A program made the translations under genes and the position numbers. This document shows positions 38,901-44,890 of a stretch of 64,000 nt of DNA, piece by piece; the stretch's first letter is position 1; each line of letters starts with the position of its first letter. The notes below the pieces were generated by a model. It saw only the letters and a program-made list of their open reading frames with translations. It searched no databases and was not told the origin of the DNA. Source of the stretch: a virus (lineage: Duplodnaviria > Caudoviricetes); IMG/VR virus record IMGVR_UViG_3300028833_000094, positions 52,468-116,467 of that record. The stretch is one strand, 5' to 3'.

Positions 38901-39630
38901 CAATGGCCATGCTAAAGCCTCCTTGAATTCCGCTTCCGTGATTGAACAAGAAACAGGAGGACATTGGGCTGCTCTTGCAAATGATGGAAAAGACAGGTAT
39001 AATGTATCTCCTATGACGGAAGTGTTTTATGATAAAGTGCATTTTTTGGTGGTATCAGAAGACAGTTTTACAATAAAAAGCGTGTTTGTAGAATGGGGAG
39101 CTTCAAGAGAAAAGGAATGTGTAAGACAGCTTTTACCTGATTTTACATCAAATCTTCTTAATTCCAATACGGAATTAATCACCGAATCCACTTTTGGTTC
39201 TGGTGGTACTGTCCTTTCTTCGTGGACTGATGAAGATAATCAGCCTATAACTTCTGTTGCCGGCTCTTCATTGCCGAATGGATGTTCTTCATACATTCCC
39301 CTTACAAGTACTGGCTCAATGAATTGTATTGTAGATAATAGTAAATTAAGGCAGGGCCATCTCGTCATAGAGATTCTTGCCCGTAATAATATTCCTACAA
39401 TCACTACAGAAAGTTGGGACTGGAATCTGTTAAAACTTACACTGTCTTCACCAAGAGCAAAAACTCCATATACGGTTTATAGCAGACCTATTGGTGTGTC
39501 TTGGAGAATTGTAAGAATACCTCTCGAAACAATCTATAGGCCAAGCGACGGTAAACAAGATATGGTTATTAAGATTAGTTCTGAGTTTGACAATATGCAA
39601 ATTGCGAAAGTATCTTTGAAATATATTTAA
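35986..39630 (+). CDS. Tail fibre/spike with a putative SGNH-esterase-like domain
   Basis: 1214 aa; N-terminal VYPVT...AV adaptor, coiled coil and repeated beta modules, then ISIFGSSYG...NLSMDG...GAHPN resembling SGNH blocks. Confidence 0.6.
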   Translation: MGYIKKLKNNELVGGTDKTTVYPVTSTEAVFEEITEGSESNFKSQKFLNNNITGDRINKETITDYNIAKGTLSEEKLNTELKTKIQQGADSSWTPKGDYNAETLYNANDLAYDNNTLSSYLSLKADNVGHSVEDTEWWMKVLNGSYIHQIEADAEAEIDAALEDTRAATTLANNAAENANTVSEQVASDVEDAIESLGQQISELIEDQGTSATTIVTEPTDTDGVKPVQNYVIGRALKKSEDYLTNDLKTLAVGVNYSAKEPVITSSKQILRITQDVRFLNLTDTVKQGELRTYNNATYQAQEDVKEFADTSLTGASVAEPVYALGSPTKLSLNIERGNCNIEASFTNGTEIVGNKVDITPATGYTPTIIATAVYDALTALGDTGWTFTDKGNGSITAEYPATDGYSDYNIIFSESSGITSTSTVSVTDSSTKITMAFSVGVGNIGATFNGITYNISVGASTTSSQIASSIAEAFEDVEGWNIENSGNVVSAICLEAGNNSSTEFKLTDGVLGVTYTLSKPWTGSNNISHYDGSDWYIDTLATYSSSIVFLSNDTIDEAWLIENITESDSLAKEIIEDEYTVSCAFSKQKEDYEKKIIDDEYVIAKAIGDHEARLNELVGDGGTSIYNGSVSDTNSDAISIFGSSYGAALSNYVNPTSKHWVNILNLFSDYTIQNLSMDGTSNAHHIIRLRKGQSVMLKSARFALLVDNENLKGSIEQYFKSFIYLSKVVKSFGVQPIIGTSHNSYSYNQDGHYYSSLLREWCKENHTLFMDASEYCMINGMNTGAHPNVRQTASTAYAYMDALAGIESPRQSMKIYKVRSGVDTSSLDNLIFDDNYERARRFVPASTSTTFNNIALISVILPATSNYLDKVRLNLTCSTSVNVYCMDSDTPPYPELTDYTRFHINDSCNVAEGDRYSYNGTIFTVVSVDTEDHYGEYCDLYCLPLVSAEDVDGTLVKESGSSSSSSSNINFNGHAKASLNSASVIEQETGGHWAALANDGKDRYNVSPMTEVFYDKVHFLVVSEDSFTIKSVFVEWGASREKECVRQLLPDFTSNLLNSNTELITESTFGSGGTVLSSWTDEDNQPITSVAGSSLPNGCSSYIPLTSTGSMNCIVDNSKLRQGHLVIEILARNNIPTITTESWDWNLLKLTLSSPRAKTPYTVYSRPIGVSWRIVRIPLETIYRPSDGKQDMVIKISSEFDNMQIAKVSLKYI

Positions 39631-39654
39631 ACTGAATTTTAAATTTTATAAATT

Positions 39655-40488
39655 ATGAAACATATAAAATATTTTGAAACGAAAGCAGATAGGGATGCTA
39701 CTATCTTAACTGGTCCTTTTTTGGCTTATACCAAAGAAACAAATAGTCTGGAGATTGAGGACGTTACCCCCATAAATATTCTAGACCAGCCAAATTTGAT
39801 GGCAAAAATGTATGAATGGGGATGGGCCGAGAATCCGAACTATATGACTATAAAGGAATGTGCTGCGGTAACTGATTCACAGTTTTCATCTAAAAAAGGA
39901 GCACTTAAAGTCAACTCTGGCTTTGCTAATATTGCTGAAGACTTTTCTGCATTTAAATATTTTACATCTGTTACAACTATACCCTCATATATGTTCTATG
40001 GTTGTAAGTTTACTGCTTTTGCTGTTCCTGATTCCATAACTAATATAAAAAATTTTGGACTTGTCGGCAGTTGGATTGTTGGAGTCCTGGATTTGTCAAA
40101 TACCAAAATCCAAGTACTTACTGCTTTATATTACAGCCATTCATCACTATCTACGGCTCAGATCAAAGCATCTGGTAATGCTTATTTGACTGCAGTTAAA
40201 CTTCCTTCTTCATGTAATACTTTGGGAGCAGAATCGGCTTATTTATGGTCAATGATCACTCCCCGTACCCCAGAACTTACTTGGGTAACATTACCATATA
40301 ATGGTGTTGTTGAAACAAAATCCAATGTGACATTGCCTTCAATAAGATACTATGTTCCAGATAATTTGGTAGATGTATATAAGGTAGACAGTACAACTGG
40401 TTGGACCAAATGGAATACTGTTGCAAATTATATTTTCCCATTAAGTCAATGGCAGACAGATGTAGATAATGGTATAATTAGTTTATAA
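39655..40488 (+). CDS. BspA/LRR_5-like protein (putative receptor-binding accessory)
   Basis: FKYFTSVTTIP..MFYGC, VPDSITNI and YVPD.LVD.YK...W motifs. Confidence 0.55.
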   Translation: MKHIKYFETKADRDATILTGPFLAYTKETNSLEIEDVTPINILDQPNLMAKMYEWGWAENPNYMTIKECAAVTDSQFSSKKGALKVNSGFANIAEDFSAFKYFTSVTTIPSYMFYGCKFTAFAVPDSITNIKNFGLVGSWIVGVLDLSNTKIQVLTALYYSHSSLSTAQIKASGNAYLTAVKLPSSCNTLGAESAYLWSMITPRTPELTWVTLPYNGVVETKSNVTLPSIRYYVPDNLVDVYKVDSTTGWTKWNTVANYIFPLSQWQTDVDNGIISL

Positions 40489-40496
40489 GTTCAGTT

Positions 40497-40838
40497 ATGG
40501 CAACATACCGAAATAAGAATGATGATATCATATTCTATGGTGGAGAGTTCAAGCTGAAAGTCAGTATGGACACTATAGATGGGTATGATATGTCTGATGA
40601 TGGTATTGAGTTTAGTTGTACTTTCTCTACAGGTAACGGTGATTATACTCTTACTAAATCTGAAATGATTCCTGTAGAGGATGATCCTACTACTTATATA
40701 GCTCCTCTAGATAGCACTATATTAGGCAGGGGAACTCTTACTGTCAAATATGAAGTAGATATCCCAGATACTGACTTTACTGATGATAATCACAGGCATG
40801 AGGTAGTGGAGATTCCAACTAAAATCAAGATTAAATGA
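40497..40838 (+). CDS. Small Ig-like/adaptor virion protein
   Basis: 113 aa, acidic and beta-rich; in the fibre block. Confidence 0.5.
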   Translation: MATYRNKNDDIIFYGGEFKLKVSMDTIDGYDMSDDGIEFSCTFSTGNGDYTLTKSEMIPVEDDPTTYIAPLDSTILGRGTLTVKYEVDIPDTDFTDDNHRHEVVEIPTKIKIK

Positions 40839-41152
40839 GTTGTATAACTACAAAAGTAACAAGAGCCTCCGAGCCTTGTGATGTTCAAGTCAGCAAGACT
40901 GAAGGTATAGGAGTAGTGGTGACGGCTGTTATTTCAGCCGTCACTGCTGCTGTTACTTTTGTTTCCTCTCTTATAGTCAAGGCTACTAGTGTTCCAGGAG
41001 TGAATACTGAGGTAGCCTTAGAGGAGAGAGTGAATGTAGAGGTAGGCATCATCTGCACTGTCAAGCTCTCTGAGGAATTAGAGATGTGGTGGTGTGATGG
41101 ATGGAAAGCATTGTGGAACAATAATCTGAAGATATTATGGCGAGAGGAATAA
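40835..41152 (+). CDS. Hypothetical fibre-associated protein
   Basis: 105 aa, V/T-rich beta repeats; coupled overlaps with both neighbours. Confidence 0.5.
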   Translation: MSCITTKVTRASEPCDVQVSKTEGIGVVVTAVISAVTAAVTFVSSLIVKATSVPGVNTEVALEERVNVEVGIICTVKLSEELEMWWCDGWKALWNNNLKILWREE

Positions 41153-41319
41153 GTATAGGGGATGTAACTAACACCTTGGATACCTTTAATGGCAAAGAAA
41201 AGATTCCTGTGTCTTCTGGGGAAACAGACCCTCAGGTAGTGACTACAGGAAAGCTAAAGGAATATATCAATGATGATGCTGAAATTCCTATAGATGTATT
41301 AGCAAGAATATTAACTTAA
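41137..41319 (+). CDS. Small fibre-adaptor-like protein
   Basis: 60 aa; I.D......G.E.IP N-terminal motif of fibre bases. Confidence 0.5.
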   Translation: MARGISIGDVTNTLDTFNGKEKIPVSSGETDPQVVTTGKLKEYINDDAEIPIDVLARILT

Positions 41320-41334
41320 TAAAATAGATAGATT

Positions 41335-42039
41335 ATGGGACATTATTTAGGACCAACAGGTTTAGGATACCTTTGGGGCAAAATTAAAGATTATGCAAAA
41401 ATTATTACTACTAGTGGCACTACTAAGGTTGTTATCGGGGATAATGAGGTAACTATTCCTTCTGGAATATCCCCTTATACCAGTAATCCAGCAATGAATG
41501 GAAGTGCTTCAGCAGGTAGCTCTGATTTATTCTCAAGAGGAGACCATGTTCACCCTACTGATACTTCAAGAGCTGCTGCAAGTACAGCTGTAACAGGAGT
41601 GGCTTATGACATTACCAATAACAAAATCACTAAGACTATTAATGGTAATACTACTGATGTAGTTACTGCTGCCTCCATTGTAAGTGGTGGAGGAGGTGTA
41701 CTAAGCTCTTCTGTGGGTGTAGCAAGTGGTGTTTGTCCTTTGGACTCCAGTGGTAAGGTTCCTTCTGATAAACTTCCTGGCTATGTGGATGATGTTGTAG
41801 AAGCATATCCTATTAGTGGAGCTACTGAATTGGCACAAGGATGGCTCAGCTTAACTGCTGGTGGTTCCGCATTAAGTCCTGAAACTGGAAAGATTTATGT
41901 GCTCATGGCTGCTTCTACAAACTATGCTGCTAATACTGAATTTAGATGGGGAGGAAGCACTTATGTACAGCTTAATGACAGTGGCTGTAGTGAGATGAGT
42001 ACTGATGAGATGGATATTGCAACAAATGATTGGGCATAA
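41335..42039 (+). CDS. Tail fibre segment protein
   Basis: 234 aa; SRGDHVHP, GVCPLD.SGKVP...LP.YVDDV and RWGGSTYV fibre motifs. Confidence 0.65.
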   Translation: MGHYLGPTGLGYLWGKIKDYAKIITTSGTTKVVIGDNEVTIPSGISPYTSNPAMNGSASAGSSDLFSRGDHVHPTDTSRAAASTAVTGVAYDITNNKITKTINGNTTDVVTAASIVSGGGGVLSSSVGVASGVCPLDSSGKVPSDKLPGYVDDVVEAYPISGATELAQGWLSLTAGGSALSPETGKIYVLMAASTNYAANTEFRWGGSTYVQLNDSGCSEMSTDEMDIATNDWA

Positions 42040-42041
42040 CT

Positions 42042-42383
42042 ATGGCTAAATTTATAGGACCAACAGATTTAACTTATCTGTGGACTAAGATTAAAAACTA
42101 TATAGCAAATAGTTCTCCAGTGACTTCAGTTAATAATCAGACTGGAGATGTTACTATTGCTACAGGAGAAGCTAATGTGATAGAGAATGTATCTTTTAAT
42201 GGGACTGCTGCAACTGTTACTAATAAAATAGCAGCTATTACAGCTACTATTCCTACAGTTCCTTCTAATATAGTCACTGGCTTAAATAGTTCTGGAGTTG
42301 CTGCAGCATATACTATTAAAGTAGTAGACTCATTACCTGGCACAACTGACCCTTCAACCATTTATCTTGTAACAGGCTCATGA
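42042..42383 (+). CDS. Tail fibre segment protein
   Basis: ATG at 42042; PVTSVN.QTGDV repeat; N-terminus paralogous to that of the previous gene. Confidence 0.6.
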   Translation: MAKFIGPTDLTYLWTKIKNYIANSSPVTSVNNQTGDVTIATGEANVIENVSFNGTAATVTNKIAAITATIPTVPSNIVTGLNSSGVAAAYTIKVVDSLPGTTDPSTIYLVTGS

Positions 42384-43084
42384 TTAATATTGCAGGTAAT
42401 GACATAATAGATATAGCCGTGGGTAGCACTCCTATTGAGAAGGCTTACATAGGCTCTACGCTTGTGTGGGAGAAAAATGCTGCTACCGTAGAAGATGCTG
42501 ATGGGAATCTTTACTATATTAAGAATTATATAGAAACATGTGTAGGAACAAAGTATTGTAGCATTGGAATAAAAACAAATGAAACAGATTACTTTGAAAC
42601 TAAAATTTATCTCCCATCCACAGCAAGAAATTATCCTTGTGGCGGATATAGTAGTAACAATAGTAATGACTATGGTCTAAAATGCTATAGTAGTTCTTTA
42701 AGATTTGCCTATGATACTGGTACTATTTATTACTCTAAATCGTATGGCAACCAAACGTTTACTTTCAAAGAAGAATACAATCCAGATAATTCTACTATGT
42801 ATTTTTATATATATAATAGTAGTGGGGCACAAGTATTTAGTTCCTCTACAGCCAAAAGAAGTGGAACAACATCAAAAGAATTCTTAATCGGAGATTATAA
42901 TGGATCTAGTTATGGTTCAGAAGATGGAACTAAATTTTATTATTTTAAATTTTGGAGAAATCAAACACTTGTAAGAGATATGATTCCTGTACAAAGTGTA
43001 GATACGGGAGAATACGGATTCTTTGATAAAGTGAATTTAAAAATATATTATAGTAGTGGTTCAAGTTCTTTTACTGGGGGATAA
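42380..43084 (+). CDS. Putative distal receptor-binding protein
   Basis: N-terminal I..I.VG...I.KAY.G..LVW; Y/S/N-rich beta domain ending LVRDMIPV...GFFDKV. Confidence 0.55.
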   Translation: MINIAGNDIIDIAVGSTPIEKAYIGSTLVWEKNAATVEDADGNLYYIKNYIETCVGTKYCSIGIKTNETDYFETKIYLPSTARNYPCGGYSSNNSNDYGLKCYSSSLRFAYDTGTIYYSKSYGNQTFTFKEEYNPDNSTMYFYIYNSSGAQVFSSSTAKRSGTTSKEFLIGDYNGSSYGSEDGTKFYYFKFWRNQTLVRDMIPVQSVDTGEYGFFDKVNLKIYYSSGSSSFTGG

Positions 43085-43135
43085 TTAAAATATAATTTTT
43101 GCTTCCATAAGTTAGTAAATATATAGTTTATTCAG

Positions 43136-43170
43136 TTAGGGGGTGTTGTGAAAACACCTCCTTTCTTTTT
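43136..43170 (+). terminator. Intrinsic terminator after the fibre block
   Basis: AGG(A/G)GGTGTT-GTGA-AAACACCTCCT followed by a T-tract. Confidence 0.7.
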
Positions 43171-43256
43171 AGGTAATGTATTATTCCTATAATATACTGA
43201 TTCTCAAATACTTCTATATTATACTGGTAATGTTTCACCTTCTTGTAGAATATTCA

Positions 43257-43264
43257 TACCTTTG
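43257..43264 (+). promoter_or_regulatory. -7 promoter element
   Basis: TACCTTTG, 21 nt before ATG 43286. Confidence 0.55.
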
Positions 43265-43285
43265 TACAGTTAAATTATTAAAGCC

Positions 43286-43624
43286 ATGACTAATATAGAA
43301 GAATTAAAAAAGAAGCAGCCTGAATACAAGGAGAGTCTTCAGGAAGTGATTGATTTTATCAACAGCAAGGAATACTTTGACCTTCCCCAGAGGGAAAAGA
43401 ATCTGGTAAGTCAGTATAGGATGGGACTTGAGATGTCTATTAATGCATTGAGTAACCTTACCTATGGAGATATGTTTACCTTTGATGCAGGAACTAACAT
43501 GATATTGCCTTTCCTGCTAAGTGGTATGACAAGTGGTTTTGGTCCATCTTCAGGAGCAGAGTACCTTAAGAAAGAATTAGAGGAAGATGATACTCATCAG
43601 GAACTTACTGACCACGCAGTATGA
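43286..43624 (+). CDS. Hypothetical helical protein
   Basis: 112 aa; helical-hairpin pattern FINS..Y.DL...EK.L...Y. Confidence 0.55.
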   Translation: MTNIEELKKKQPEYKESLQEVIDFINSKEYFDLPQREKNLVSQYRMGLEMSINALSNLTYGDMFTFDAGTNMILPFLLSGMTSGFGPSSGAEYLKKELEEDDTHQELTDHAV

Positions 43625-43755
43625 ATCAGGATCAGGCAATCAACAGACTGGCACAGATAAGCGGAAAATCAAGAAAAGAAGTGATAGAAGCTATAAAAAA
43701 GATAAGTGCCTTACCAGAAGTCCAGAAGGAACTAAAGAAGAGTAGGAAACGATGA
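43621..43755 (+). CDS. Small basic protein (not in the ORF track)
   Basis: ATGA overlap with the previous stop; MNQDQAINRLAQISGKSRKEVIEAIKKISALPEVQKELKKSRKR. Confidence 0.55.
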   Translation: MNQDQAINRLAQISGKSRKEVIEAIKKISALPEVQKELKKSRKR

Positions 43756-43842
43756 GTGTTAATATTCTTAAGGAATACTTTAAGTCGGGGAGAAGCTTAG
43801 AGTATTCTTTTTATTTTTGTCAGCAATAAAATATAGAAGAGT

Positions 43843-44124
43843 ATGTTTGAATTTAGGAGAATGGTTGTGAGATATCTCAGGGAGATTGCTGATAAGATTG
43901 AAGTAGGAACTTCAGAGATTTCAGAGTCTCAGGCTATGGATATTCTCAGTGTGGTAGCCCATGAAGCTATGAGTAAGGAACAGGCTTGTAACTATCTGAA
44001 TCTTTCTAGAAGCAGGTTTGATGACTTGGTAAGAGAAGGAAAACTTCCTAAAGGAAAGAAGAGGGTAGGGTTCAAGGAACTTGTATGGTATAAGGATGTA
44101 CTGGATATGTGTAAGAGGAAGTGA
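43843..44124 (+). CDS. Excisionase/AlpA-like HTH DNA-binding protein
   Basis: MSKEQACNYLNLSRSRFDDLVREGKLPKG winged-HTH motif; -7 element TATTTTTG at 43812. Confidence 0.7.
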   Translation: MFEFRRMVVRYLREIADKIEVGTSEISESQAMDILSVVAHEAMSKEQACNYLNLSRSRFDDLVREGKLPKGKKRVGFKELVWYKDVLDMCKRK

Positions 44125-44156
44125 TTGCAATAAAATTGCAATATAAATAACGAAAC
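44124..44156 (+). repeat. Junction hairpin family, copy 9
   Basis: ATTGCAA-TAAAA-TTGCAAT-ATAAATAACG. Confidence 0.7.
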
Positions 44157-44157
44157 A

Positions 44158-44189
44158 TTTGGTAATTAAAATATTAATCTTTAAATTTG
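44158..44189 (+). promoter_or_regulatory. Complete Bacteroidota promoter
   Basis: TTTG at 44158-61, 20-nt spacer, TAAATTTG(CA) at 44182-89. Confidence 0.7.
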
Positions 44190-44198
44190 CAGAAAGTT

Positions 44199-44333
44199 AT
44201 GACATCAAGACGTGCAAAGCCTGTTGCAGCAAAAGCAGGTGTAACTAAAAACCCAAAGAGAAGATATGGAAGTGGTGGTAAAGCCATCAAGGGAAAGAAG
44301 AACTCCTATAAATGCGGAGGAAAGCTTAAGTAA
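44199..44333 (+). CDS. 44-aa basic peptide with two YxxGGK motifs (not in the ORF track)
   Basis: MTSRRAKPVAAKAGVTKNPKRRYGSGGKAIKGKKNSYKCGGKLK; first ATG after the promoter. Confidence 0.65.
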   Translation: MTSRRAKPVAAKAGVTKNPKRRYGSGGKAIKGKKNSYKCGGKLK

Positions 44334-44700
44334 CAAGAAGTTACTTTACAAGTCTGTGCTGTATTCAGTGAAGATTATTCCTATGTTGATAGCTGGGATA
44401 TATCTGCTGAATACAGTACTTTCTTATTGTGGTATAGACTGGGAAGGTTTTTCCTATATTGTACAGTTCTTGTTTATAGGATTTATCTATCTCGCATCTA
44501 TTACATTCAGATTCTGTGTATATCATAGATTGTTTATACACTATATTCTTTTGACTTTGGTACTGAATATTATAGATTATCATTGGGGCATACCATTATC
44601 AGACAGAAATTTGTTTCTGATGTATATGATAATTACTGGAGTGTTTTTATTCTTAATATTGTACTTTCATCAGAAGTGTAGGAGAGGGAGGCTGCAATAG
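44266..44700 (+). CDS. Four-TM membrane protein overlapping the peptide gene
   Basis: Four hydrophobic segments; F.FC.YHR motif. Confidence 0.65.
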   Translation: MEVVVKPSRERRTPINAEESLSNKKLLYKSVLYSVKIIPMLIAGIYLLNTVLSYCGIDWEGFSYIVQFLFIGFIYLASITFRFCVYHRLFIHYILLTLVLNIIDYHWGIPLSDRNLFLMYMIITGVFLFLILYFHQKCRRGRLQ

Positions 44701-44715
44701 AATTGCAGCATACAG
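44691..44715 (+). repeat. Junction hairpin family, copy 10
   Basis: GCTGCAA-TAGAA-TTGCAGC-ATACAG. Confidence 0.65.
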
Positions 44716-44735
44716 AGATAATAAATAGAAATAGT

Positions 44736-44819
44736 ATGAGTGAATTTATTATTTGGTTGATTGGCTTTGTTCTTACTCTAATTATAGTAGGTACTTTCTT
44801 ATCAAATAGGGGAGAATAA
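44736..44819 (+). CDS. 27-aa single-TM peptide
   Basis: MSEFIIWLIGFVLTLIIVGTFLSNRGE, after an A-rich leader. Confidence 0.4.
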   Translation: MSEFIIWLIGFVLTLIIVGTFLSNRGE

Positions 44820-44859
44820 AAAATAAAAAGAGGGTACACCAAAATGATGCACCCTCCCC
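44817..44859 (-). terminator. Terminator of the RNAP/cargo transcript
   Basis: On the - strand: GAGGGTGCATC-ATTTT-GGTGTACCCTC followed by TTTTATTTTTT. Confidence 0.7.
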
Positions 44860-44890
44860 GTTCACATTAGTATACAGTATTAAAGCTGTA

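Noticed and set aside
35986-43084. Diversity-generating retroelement or invertible receptor cassette
   Set aside because: I saw no reverse transcriptase, recombinase or TR/VR repeat pair in the window. Such elements could lie outside it.
1926-44715. Hairpin family as a CRISPR array or as terminators
   Set aside because: The copies are dispersed with no regular spacers and no cas genes. They lack U-tracts, and at 5606 and 32740 they sit next to separate, genuine terminators.
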